Made by a program: the position numbers and the translations under genes. The notes below the pieces were generated by a model, which ran no database searches, had not been told where the DNA came from, and worked only from the letters and a program-made list of their open reading frames with translations. Shown one piece after another: positions 39,930-52,328 of a DNA stretch of 64,000 bases. This DNA comes from the human T2T-CHM13v2.0 reference genome, Homo sapiens. Each line of letters begins with the position of its first letter. Position 1 is the first letter of the stretch. The DNA lies in the NCBI RefSeq assembly GCF_009914755.1, contig NC_060926.1. One strand, 5' to 3'.

Positions 39930-40506
39930 ATTTTTTTTAACTTTTATTTTAAGTTCAGGGGAACATGTGCAGGCTTCTTACATAAATAAACTCATGTCAT
40001 GGGGGTTTGTGTCACAGATTATTTCATGACCCATGTATTAAGTACCCATTAGTTATTTTTCCTACTCCTTTTCCTCCTTGCCCCCTCACCCTTTCAATAG
40101 CCCCAAATATGTGTTGTTCCCTTCTGTGTGCCCATGTGTTCTCATCATTTAGATCCCACTTATAAGTGGAAACATGTGGTATTTAGTTTTTTGTTCTTGC
40201 GTTAGTTTGCTAAGGACAATGGCCTCCAGTTACATCCATGTACCTGCAAAGAACATGATCTCTTTCTTTTTTTTGGCTACATAGTATTTCATAGTGTATA
40301 TGTACCACATGTTCTTGTCTATCATTGATGGGCACTCCATGTCTTTGCTATTGTGAGTAGTGCTTCAGTGAACATACACTTCTATGTGTCTTTATAACAG
40401 AACAACTTATCTTCCTTTGGGTATATACCCAGTGTAGGGATTGCTGGGTTGAATGGTATTTCTATCTTTAGGTATTTGAGATATCACCACACTGTCTCCC
40501 ACAATG
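39930..40506 (-). mobile_element. 5'-truncated older L1PA (L1PA13-16-like) 3' end
   Basis: Poly(T), then aacttttattttaagttcagggg...cccacttataagtg...caccacactgtctcccacaatg. Confidence 0.9.
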
Positions 40507-42156
40507 AAAAGCAAAAATACATAAACAACTTTTCTGTTTATTACCAAAGGAATAGATAAATAAATTTCTATATATGGTGAATGAACTCATCAGTAAAAAT
40601 AAATGAACTATTCATATATACAATAACCTATATGAATCTTAAAAATATATTTGTGAAATAAGTGATTTCAGATTAAGACATACAGTATTATTAAATTACT
40701 AAGTGCAAAACAGCAAAAAATACTGTATAGTTTATGGATAATATGCTGAAGATAACAATCTCTTAAAATGAATACTGTTTGCTCCTGGTGGAGATGGGGC
40801 TGTGAGGGGGCAGATGAATTAAATCTGGAAGGAGTACACAAGGAATTTCAATGGTATTTTTAATCTTCTAGCTGTTAAATTAGGTAATGGGTTGACCAAT
40901 GTTCATTCTATGATATATATTTTATACATAGACACACACACTCAGTCTTTTGTATGTATCAATGAAATATATTATACATTTTAAACAAAACAAAATATTT
41001 TCAGTTGTCCATGAACTAGTAGAATGCAGATAAATGCTACAGAAAGTGTAAAGTATTATTATTTTCTTCTTTTTTAAATTACTGACATTTCTTGATAGAG
41101 TGGTCCATCTATAGAAAATGATACAGGCTGCTGCTCTCAGGACAATGAAGAAGTATACAATTTTTGATGTGCTTTGAATTTTTTCTGTTTCATAACACTT
41201 TTAATAAAATTCCACTACAGGCAGAAAATCTTATATTATTTCTCAAGTGCTTTGAAATTCTCTACATTTTACAATTAAAAAATATTTATTGGTTTTTAAT
41301 TACTGTTTGGAGAAAACTATTAGGCATCTGTCAGATATTCTATTAAGACTGACCTCTTCTTTATTTTTGGCTATAACTGTGTTGAGGACTTCTGAGTTAT
41401 TAATTGTTAGTAAAGACTTTGCATTTTGTCAGGTTCATCCTGTTTTCAAAAGCCTTTACTTCAAGAAATTAATTGTTCTCTGTTTTGAACTGTAACATAG
41501 GTATGATTAGGTAGGTTTTGTGAACATCTGTGAAATATATTATCTTAATAACCAACTGTGATATTTTGAGAGCTAATATTGTTAAGTGTGACATTTGAGG
41601 CTAATTCTCCTCAATTTCAATAAGTGATTTTTTTTTGGTATGAATTAGCAATGTAGTTCCACTTAAACTGCACTAAGTGAAGATGAGATTTAGCAATCTT
41701 CTAACTAATTCAATCTATGTAGACAATCCATAAAATCATATAAAACCTTCTTTCCTTGTAGAAATTCACTTCTGTGTAACCTTGCATGTTCTCAAAACAG
41801 CTGTTACTTGGAATTAATATAGATAATGTAAGAAGCAGGATACATATGGGTTATTTATAATTTGAAACAACAAATTTATCATCTTAAATAGGTATTAACT
41901 TCACATTTTCCAAAGTGCTTTCTTTTTTATCTCATATGTTGCCTGAAGAAAGGGTACCAATGTAAAATGGCTATCACTGTTAAAAATGTAGGTTAGTTTT
42001 TAATACTACCCTTAAAGACAATTTAGCATGTGACATGACTACTTTGTGAAGAAGTTTTATCCCTGTGAGTAGTTTGTAACTTCAGAATATAATTTGTTAG
42101 AATAATGTAAAATTAATCCACATGGAATGGTATTCTGCTTTTGTTTTGCAGGTTTT

Positions 42157-42460
42157 ATTTATTTATTTTTTTTGACACAGGGTCTCATTCTGTCCCCTGG
42201 CTGGAGTGTAGTGGTGCAATCATAGCTCACCATAACCTTGAACTCCTAGGCTCAAGCAGTCCTCCAGCCTCAGACTCCCAAGTAGCTAAAACTACAGGTG
42301 TGCCACCGTGCTCACCTAATTTATTTACTTATTTATTTTTTGCAAAGATCGTGTCTTGCTATGTTGCCCAGGCTGGCCTCAAACTCCTGGCCTCAAGTGA
42401 TCCTCTCACCTAGGTATCCCAAGGTTCTGGGATTACAAGTGTGAGCCACTGTTCCCAGTC
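42157..42460 (-). mobile_element. AluJ
   Basis: Dimeric Alu with J diagnostics (atcatagctcac, gggtctc, ctatgttgcccagg). Degenerate TSD tgttttgcaggtttta / tgttttgtagtttta. Confidence 0.92.
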
Positions 42461-42891
42461 TGTTTTGTAGTTTTAATGGGAAATTACAGCATGAGTTTTG
42501 TTTTTGTCTTGTCAGGAATATAATTAGCTACCTTAAAAAATATATTTTTTCCCCAGCATCATATTTTAAATACTAGGGATGATGAAAGCTGGTCCCATTT
42601 TTCATACATTGAGGTATGTTTCTATTTGTTGAGGCATTGCTAAACAGAGCTAATACAGTTTGTCATGAGCTGGCTATAGGATATGCTAAAACAGGAAATA
42701 TTTGTTCATTTTTCCATTCTTTCTCTTGAAAGTAGTCTTCAATTTTATTTTTTGGTAAGAAAATTATGTTTCTTTAATAGTTACTCAAATTGTGAGTTAG
42801 GCTCGTGTTTAGGATGTATAATGCTGGGAAGAGAATCACTCCCAACCTAGTAAGAAGAAAATGCCAGATAACCTATAAAATTATAATTTTA

Positions 42892-45009
42892 TTGAACCTG
42901 TCATTATGATGTTAGCTGGCTATTTTGCTCGTTAGTTGATGCAGTTTCTTCCTAGTCTCGATGGTCTTTACAATTTAGCATGTTTTTGCAGTGGCTGGTA
43001 CCGGTTGTTCCTTTCCATGTTTAGTGCTTCCTTCAGGAGCTCTTTTAGGGCAGGCCTGGTGGTGACAAAATCTCTCAGCGTTTGCTTGTCTGTAAAGGAT
43101 TTTATTTCTCCTTCTCTTAGGAAGCTTAGTTTGGCTGGATATGAAATTCTGGGTTGAAAATTCTTTTCTTTAAGAATGTTGAATATTGGCCCCCACTCTC
43201 TTCTGGCTCGTAGAGTTTCTGCCGAGAGATCAGCTGTTAATCTGATGGGCTTGCCTTTGTGGGTAACCCAACCTTTCTCTCTGGCTGCCCTTAACATTTT
43301 TTCCATCATTTCAACTTTGGTGAATCTGACAATTACGTGTCTTGGAGTTGCTCTTCTCAAGGAGTATCTTTGTGGCATTCTCTGTATTTCCTGAATCTGA
43401 ACGTTGGCCTGCCTTGCTAGATTGGGAAAGTTCTCCTGTATAATATCCTGCAGAGTGTTTTCCAACTTGGTTCCATTCTCCCTGTCACTTTCAGGTACAC
43501 CAGTCAGATGTAGATTTGGTCTTTTCACATAGTCCCATATTTCTTGGAGGCTTTGCTCATTTCTTTTTATTCTTTTTTCTCTAAACTTCTCTTCTCACTT
43601 CATTTCATTCATTTCGTCTTCCATCACTGATACCCTTTCTTCCAGTTGATCAAATTGGCTACTGAGGCTTGTGCATTCGGCACGTAGTTCTCGTGCCTTG
43701 GTTTTCATCTACATTAGGTCCTTTAAGGACTTCTCTGCATTGATTATTCTAGTTAGCCATTCTCCTAATTTTTTTTCCAGGTTTTTAACTTCTTTGCCAT
43801 GGGTTCAAACTTCCTCCTTTAGCTCGGAGTAGTTTGATCATCTGAAGCCTTCTTCTCTCAACTCATCAAAGTCATTCTCCGTCCCGTTTTGTTCCATTGC
43901 TGATGAGGAGCTGCGTTCCTTTGGAGGAGGAGAGGTGCTCTGATTTTTAGAGTTTCCGGTTTTTCTACTCTGTTTTTCCCCCATCTTTGTGGTTTTATCT
44001 ACCTTTGGTCTTTGATGATGGTGACATACAGATGGGTTTTTGGTGTGGATGTCCTTTCTGTTTGTTAGTTTTCTTTCTAACAATCAGGACCCTCAGCTAC
44101 AGGTCTGTTGGAGTTTACTGGAGGTCCACTCCAGACCCTGTTTGCCTGGGTTTCAGCAGCGGAGGCTGCAGAACATAGGATATTGGTGAACAGCAAATGT
44201 TGCTGCCTGAGCGTTCCTCTGGAAGTTTTGTCTCAGAGGAGTACCTGGCTGTGTGAGGTGTCAGTCTGACCCTACTGGGGGGTGCCTCCCAGTTAGGCTA
44301 CTCGGGGGTCAGGGACCCACTTGAGGAGGCAGTCTGTCCATTCTCAGATCTCCAGCTGAGTGCTGGGAGAACCACTACTCTCTTCAAAGCTGTCAGACAG
44401 GGACTTTTAAGTCTGCAGAGGTTTCTGCTGCCTTTTGTTTGGCTATGCCCTGCCCCCAGAGAAGGGGTCTACAGAGGCAGGTAGGCCTCCTTGAGCTGCG
44501 GTGGGCTCCACCCAGTTCGAGATTCCCAGCCACTTTGTTTGCCTACTCAAGCCTTGGCAATGGTGGGCACCCCTCCCCCAGCCTCGCTGCTGCCTTGCAG
44601 TTTTATCTCAGATTGCTGTGCTAGCAATTAGCGAGACTCTGTGGGCATAGGACCCTCCAAGCCAGATGCGGGATAGAATCTCCTGGTGTGCCATTTGCTA
44701 AGACCATTGGAAAAGCAGAGTATTCCAGTGGGAGTGACCTGATTTTCCAGGTTCCGTCTGTCACCCCTTTCTTTGACTAGGAAAGGGAATTCCCTGACTC
44801 CTTGCACTTCTTGGGTGAGGTGATGCCTTGCCCTGCTTCAGCTCACACTTGGTGCACTGCACCCACTGTCCTGCACCCACTGTTCGACACTCCCCAGTGA
44901 GTTGAACCCGGTACCTCAGTTGGAAATGCAGAAATCACCTGTCTTCTGCGTTGCTCACGCTGGGAGCTGTAGACTGGAGCTGTTCCTATTCGGCCATCTT
45001 GGCTCCTCC
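42892..45009 (-). mobile_element. 3'-truncated LINE-1 (L1PA3-5-like): complete 5'UTR, ORF1 and ORF2 start only
   Basis: Begins GGAGGAGCCAAGATGGCCG at 45009 (-). 5'UTR ~1025 nt. ORF1 43984-42968. Homology stops ~10 nt after the ORF2 ATG. Confidence 0.96.
42968..43984 (-). pseudogene. LINE-1 ORF1p, full-length frame (1017 nt) but with nonsense mutations
   Basis: MGEKQSRKTGNSK...RYQPLQKHAKL*. At least three CGA>TGA stops (e.g. 43838-43840, 43595-43597) and one TAG. Confidence 0.9.
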
Positions 45010-45250
45010 GATTCTATTTTTATGAAATGTCCAGAATGAACAAAACCATATATACAAAAAGGAGGTTATTGGTTACCAGAGGCTGGGAATAGAATAGAAT
45101 AGGGAGTGACTGCTAATTCATATGGGGTTTCTTTTGGGAATTATGAACATATTCTGAAATGAAATAATAGAGATGATTTTATAACTTTGAATATACTAAG
45201 ACACACTGAGTTGTTAACTTTTTGGATATACTAAGGCACAGTAATTTTAG
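45010..45250 (+). mobile_element. L1MB/L1MC 3' terminal fragment
   Basis: gattctatttttatgaaatgtccagaa...ggttaccagaggctggg...atggggtttcttttggg. Confidence 0.7.
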
Positions 45251-45259
45251 TGAATTGTC

Positions 45260-47178
45260 TGAAAAAGAAATGAAATAAGCAATCTTTATTTATAATGGCT
45301 ACAAAAATACACATAAAATACCTAAGAATACATTTAACCAAGGGGTTGAAAAATCTCTACAATGAAAACTATAAAATATTGATGGAAAAATAAAGACACA
45401 AATAAATTTTAAAAATATGTCATGTTCATGGAATGAAAGAATTAATATTGTGAAAATGTCTGCACTAGTCAAAGTAATCTATAATTCCATATAATTGCTA
45501 TCAAAATGTCAATGACATTCTTCATAGAAATTAAAAAAAATAAAACTTGTATGGAATCACAAAATATCCTGAATAGTCAAAACATTCTTGAACAAAATGA
45601 ACAAAGCTGGAGGTATCACACTGCTGGACTTCACAACATACTATTATATAAAGTGATAGTGAGCAAAACAGCATGGTATTGGCATAAAAATGACACGTAA
45701 ACCGATGTAACAGAATAGAAAGCTCAGAAATAAACCCACAAATCTACAGCCAACACATTTTTGACAAAGGTTCCAGGTACACAAAATGAGGAAAGATAAA
45801 AGATAGACTCTTTAATAAAATTGTGCTTAGAAAACAGTATATCCACAGTTCTCAATATCCTCAGAAGAATGATACTAGATGTTTATCTCTCACCATATTA
45901 AAAATTTACTCAAAATGGATTAAAGAATTGCATGTAAGTCCTTAAACTACACAACTACTAGAAGAAAATATAGGAGAAAAGCTCCATGATATTGATCTAG
46001 TAAGGAATTTTTGGATAAAACCCTGAAAGCAAATATAGACAATTGGATTATGTCAAACTAAAAGAACTTCTGCAGAGCAAAGAAAACAATCAACTAAGCA
46101 AAGAGACCACTTGTTGAATGGGAGAATATATTTGCAAACTACACATCCAGTAAGAGTTTAATATCTAAAATATATAATGAACTCAAACAACTCAGCAACT
46201 ACAAACTCCAAATAACCCAATTAAAGAATGGACAACCAACTTGAATGGGCATCTTTCAAAAGAGACACACAAGTAACCAAGAGATATATAAAAATACCAA
46301 ACTTCACACTAATCATTAGGGAAATGCAAATCAAAACTATAATGAAATATAACCTCACTACAGTCAGAGTGGCTACTATACAAAAATCAAAAGATAACAA
46401 ATGTTGGTGAGGACATGGAGAAAAAAGAATCCTTGTACACTGCTGGTGGGAAAGTTACCTAGAACAGCTATTATGGAAAACAGTATGAAGGTTCCTCAAA
46501 AAGTAAAAACATAATTACTGCATGATCCAGGACTGCCACTACTGAGTATATATTTACAAAATGAAGTCAGCATATCGAAGACATACCTGCACTCCTATAT
46601 TTATAGTGGCACTATTCACAATAGCCAAGATGACCATCAATGAATGAATGGGTGAAGACAATGTGGTATATATACACAATGGAATACTGCTCAGCCTTAA
46701 AAAAGAAAAACTATCATTAGTGGCAACATGGATGAACCTGGAGGACATTATGTTAAGTGAAATAAACCAGTCACAGAAAGACAAATACTGCATAATTGAT
46801 CTCACTCATATGTGGAATCTAAAAAGTTGTTCTCATAAAAGTAGAGAAGAGAACAGTGGTTCTCAGAGGATGGGGAGAGTAGGGAGAAGTGAGGGATGGT
46901 GAGAGATTGGTCAACGGGTACAAAACTATGTTAGATATGTGGAATACGTTCTGGTGTTCTATTGCATAATAGGATGACCAGAGTTAACAGTAGTGTCATT
47001 GTATAGTTCGCTGGGAGAGATTTATAAATGTTATCGCAAAGAAATGATAAATGTTTAAGGTGATAAATATTCTAATTATCATGATTTGATCATTACACAA
47101 CTTACATGTGTATGAAAACATCACATTGTACTCCATAAATATATACAATTATCGTGTCAATCATAATTAAAACTTTTA
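45260..47178 (+). mobile_element. 5'-truncated L1MA-type LINE-1
   Basis: Degenerate ORF2 ([32 protein letters not shown]) and an L1MA 3'UTR (gatttgatcattacacaa...ataaatatatacaatt). Confidence 0.9.
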
Positions 47179-47189
47179 AAAATCTTTTA

Positions 47190-48850
47190 AAAATAGAGAT
47201 ATGAAAAATAAAAAACCCAAATCAGACTTCCAGAGATTAGAAATAGTATGTGTGAAGTAAATCGTATACTAAATGAGATTAGTGAGACATTAGACACCCC
47301 AGAAAAAAAATTAGGAACTTGAAGATGTACCAGTAGGAACAGTCTAAAATTAAACACCAAAGGAAAACGTATTTTTTAAAGAAAAAGCATTAATAATCTG
47401 TAGGGCAATTTTATGTAACCTAACAGATAGGTAATTGGATTTTATGAAGGAAGGATATGTAGATAAAATATTTGAATTAATAATAGATGTTAATTTTTCA
47501 AATTTGATGACAACTCTAACCCCAGAATTTTAAGAAGCTCAAGAAGTTCCAACCACAAGAAACATGAAGAAAACTATACTAAGGTGAATACAGTGATGAG
47601 AAAATTTCAGATGCAGCCAAAGTAAAAAACCACAGTGTTTGTAGAACAGGAAAAGAAAGAATAACAGGAGGTATCTTATGAGAAACAATGTAATACGAAT
47701 GACCAGTATTTTTAAATTACTGAAATAAAAATTAAACAATCTAGAATTTTATTTCAGTAAAAAAATTTCATTAAAAAAGGTAAAACAAAGACTTTTTTAG
47801 ACATACAGAAGCTGAAAGAAATAATCACCATCAGAAGTACACTAAAAGAAATGCTGAAAATGTTGCTCAGGCACAAGGACAATGCAAAGAGAATAAAAAC
47901 CAAACCTAATGTCAGAAGAAACTATTTACATATCCCACGTCTGAAAAAGCCTTTGTATCTGGAATACATAAAGAACTTTCAAAAATCAATTCAAAATTTT
48001 AAAAATATCAAAAAGATTTGAACAGAGACTTTACAAAAAAGTATAGTGATGGCCAAAAAAAAAAAAATGCACATGAAATAGTGCTCAACGTCTTTAGTCC
48101 TGAGGTAAATGTAATAGTCCTTACTGTAAATTAAAATCACAATCAGATGGACCTATTAGAATGGCTTTAAAAACTGACAATATGAATTGTTGAGGAGATG
48201 CAAAGCAGCTGGGACTATCATACTTTGCCATTGAAAATAAAAATGATTCGGCTACTTGAAACATCAATTTGTCATTTTCTTTTACAGTTGAACATACACT
48301 TAACATTCAACCCAACAATCCCACTCCTAGGTATTTATCCAAGTAAACTGAAAACTTATGTTCACACACAAATCTTTACGTTAATGTATGGCTTTATTTA
48401 TAATGGCCCTAAAATGGAAGCAAGAAATATGTCCTTCAAAAGGTAAATGAATAAACTAAATGTGGTACATACATATAATTGAGTAATACTCAGGAATAAA
48501 AAGGAATACATTTCTCCTGTATTCAAGAACATCAATGAGTCTCAAATGCATGTTTACCAAATGAAAAGAGGCCACACCTAAAAGACTTCATATGTATATT
48601 CCATTTTTATGACCTTCCATAAACAGCAAAACTAAAGGAACAGAAAGCAAATCAGAGGGTACTCAGAATTAGGGGTGAAGGAAGGTGTTGACTATAATGG
48701 TGCATTAAGGGGTCCTAGGGGTTGAGGATTATATTTATACTGTTTTTGCTGGTTCGTTATAAGATTGTATGCATTTGACAAAACTCATGAGTTGTACACC
48801 ATAAAGAATAAGTTTTACTTCATATAAATTATACCTGAATAAAATTGCAA
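47190..48850 (+). mobile_element. Ancient L1M ORF1-like and L1MC/ME 3' fragments
   Basis: A-rich ORF1-like region 47190-47890; acccaacaatcccactcctaggtatttatccaag...aattatacctgaataaa. Confidence 0.7.
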
Positions 48851-49210
48851 TAACAGAGAATGGGAAAATTTAGGAGGACAAATGGGAAGCTGAATTGGAG
48901 AGAACCTCTAAAGTACTTATACATTCAGGCAAACTCATTTATTAGGCGACCGTTGTTTGGATGGATGGTAAAATGCGGTGAGGTAATATAGATAAAAAGT
49001 AAAGCATATTAAGACATTCCAAAATGAATGCATTTTCATCATCAAGGAGTTCATAGTCTACTGAGGGAATCTATCCTTTTTATTGACACCATAAAATAAT
49101 GTAGTAAGTGCTATGAAGCGGCTAATATAAGGTGTTCTTGGATCCCACAATGGAATAAATCGCCAGACACAGGTGTGGGGCAAAAGGCTGCCTGGAAGAG
49201 ACATCAATGA

Positions 49211-49711
<501 letters not shown>

Positions 49712-50269
49712 AGGAAAGGGGCTGTTTTGTAAAGCAAAATAAGTTCTCATTAACCTAAATATTTTGAAGAAGATAATATACATACTGGAACACATGCTTA
49801 TACTACCAAAGTCAAAAGATTATGTAGATTATTTTTCAGAGGGGACTTCTATCATCAATTACTTGTATGTGTTTATCGAAATATTCTTTGCATTCATAAG
49901 CATGCGTAAATGGATTTTTAAAAATCAGGTTAGCATGTTGTATTCACTGTTAAATTCTGAATGCTTTTAACTAAAATGCATCTTGAAAGTTGTCTATCAG
50001 TTTATAGCCAACTATAATAAAATTTCATTATATTTTCTATTTGCATTTTTTGTTTTCTTGCTGGTCATTTTAAGATTGGTGATTATTTTGCTTTTCTTTA
50101 TACCTTTGTGAAATACATTAAAATTTCTATTTGTTGATCATATTAATGAGCCACATATGAATAATAACATATGCATTCACTTTTTTCTCGCTTTCATTCC
50201 CTCCCTTCCAAATCCAACTTTAATGGTTTATATTCTTAGATCCTCTTGTTTGTCTTTTATCCTCTCTAC

Positions 50270-50540
50270 TACTATTCAATGTTTTAGCTGCTGAGGATAC
50301 AGCAGTGAACAAAGCCACAAAAAATAAATCTCATGGAGTTTATATTCTAGTGAGAAGATACAGGCAATACATACATTTAATACATATTACACCATAAGAT
50401 CTGTGGAAATAGTAAAGTGAGGTTGAGCAATAGAATGTGCTATCAGGAAGATGGTAAATTGCAGGAAGGACTCACTAATCACTTGCCATTTGAGTAAAGA
50501 TATGAGAAGGTAAAGGACTGAGCTTTCTGATGTGCATTTC
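50270..50540 (-). mobile_element. L2 3' fragment
   Basis: gctgaggatacagcagtgaacaaag...ctcatggagtttatattctagtg. Confidence 0.7.
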
Positions 50541-50609
50541 TTAGCGAAGACTATTCCTATTATATTTCTCTTTGACTTTTAAATTTTATTTATACATTAA
50601 TTTCTCAAT

Positions 50610-50763
50610 TTTTAATTCCCTAAATACACAAGTGTGAGACCTATGGATATAATGGCTGACTGTATTACATCATTTTATATCAAGGGCTTCATGAGCATCT
50701 GTAGGATTTGTTATCCATGAGGGTCCTGAAACCAATTTCCTGGGGTTGCAGAGGGCCAAATAT
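50610..50763 (+). mobile_element. MER2B-like TcMar-Tigger MITE fragment
   Basis: cattttatatcaagggcttcatgagcatctgtaggatttgttatccatgagggtcctgaaaccaatttcc. Confidence 0.65.
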
Positions 50764-52276
50764 ATACTGTCCTATTATTTCCAATAACTTTTTCTTATTC
50801 TTTGAATATTCTATTTACATAAAATTCTGTTTTTATCTCATGTGCAAAATATCCTCTCGTTTCTGAGAGTATTATGCATATTTTTATTAAATAAAGATTT
50901 TTTTTTTTGGTCTTTCCTGGATGGCATATATTTTATGCTAATTTCCCTATTTCTGGTTTGGTCTTTGTCTTTAATTTTGCAATGTCTTCTCAAAGGTTAT
51001 CTGTTTGTATTTTAGACTGAAGCATAAAAACTTAATGGGAGTTACGTCAACTGGTGAATTGTTTGTGTAGACTCATCAGATGAGAATCAGGGCAGTCCCA
51101 AATATCAGTATTTACAAATATTTTCTCTGGGACCATTTTGTTTCTTCAGTGAATAATCTCTTCTGTTCTCCTGCCTGGGGAGCTATATACCTGGATGGCA
51201 ACCCTTTTGGTTGAGAGTCACATGAGGGAGCAAGGAGCCTATGTATTCAGTGGCAAGACTTTCGCTTACTCCCTCTGTTTTTAATAGAACACATCTCCCT
51301 CACTCTCCCGCTTCCTGCTCTCCCAGTCTAGCACCTCTAGGTCAACTTCTCCATGGAATACATGTGTAGTCCCCTGGCCCAGAGAAGTGGAGGAAAGGGT
51401 CTGGCTGGTTTAAGATCTCCTTGCGTAGGCTTTATTTACTGCTCTTGTTTTAAGCTCAAAAGCTTATCCTCAAGAGATTCTGCAGCAAGATGCAGCTTGC
51501 TTCTGGCTGGATGCCTCCTCAGCAAGCATTTTCGATTTTCTCAGCTCTGCTAAAGTTTCCATCCACCTTTTCCCTGTCTTTCTTCTGTTTCTTCACCTGC
51601 AAAACATGAAAAATAACAGCCATCTGGAATTCTTTCCAGCATGGTTATGGACATGAAATAAAATCATGGACTTGAAATCTTCTAACCTGTGCAGCCTCCT
51701 TTGTTGCCTTCTCCTCTGTGGTCCAGTTGCCTTCTTTTAATTTACTTAACAATTCATATTACTTTTTGCCTTAGGGATTGTTTCACATGTTCTTTCTTCT
51801 GCCTGAAATGTTATTTCCTATTTTTCTTAATTATTTTTATATAATATCAGATTCAAACCAAATAATATATATGTAAATTCTAGAAACAGTTGTATCATGA
51901 ACAGTAAGTCAAACACACAACACAGAAAGCAAAACAGTACCATCTACTTCATCTGCTTTGTGTCTGTTCCCCAAGTCAACACCTTATCCTCTTCAGAATT
52001 AATCATCCCACATTCTATAAACAAAATTTATTTCCTGTATAGAAATATTCTATCACATATTTGTGTTTGAGTAAACATATATCATTTAGTTTGTTTGCTT
52101 AGTGCTTTATAAATAGTGTCAGGGTTTGTACAGTCTTCTGGACCATGTTGTTCTTTCCCAATATTAAGCTTTTATCCTCTATTCGTGTTATTGAATAATT
52201 CATTTCTTCTCATTGCTGTAAAATATGTTATCCTGATGAAATTTCAAAGTTGTTTATCCTTTATCCTACTCATGCA

Positions 52277-52290
52277 AATATATATTTGTA

Positions 52291-52328
<38 letters not shown>
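52277..52328. repeat. Compound (TG)n(TA)n microsatellite within an old antisense L1ME fragment (~51870-52400)
   Basis: Repeat visible directly; flank tgctatcatgagcattcttatgtacat is L1-like. Confidence 0.8.

Larger units (their letters stand above)
38080..40990 (+). mobile_element. Ancient L1M/L1ME fragments, host to later insertions
   Basis: tggattagaagactcagtagtctaaagatgtcaattctccacaaattaattcatagatt (ORF2-like); aaagaactcctacaaatcaatgag; L1ME-like 3' end near 40800-40990. Confidence 0.65.

Noticed and set aside
41641-41712. Possible three-way RNA junction (8-bp outer stem, 6- and 5-bp inner stems)
   Set aside because: Short AT-rich stems are expected by chance; it resembles no RNA family I recognise.
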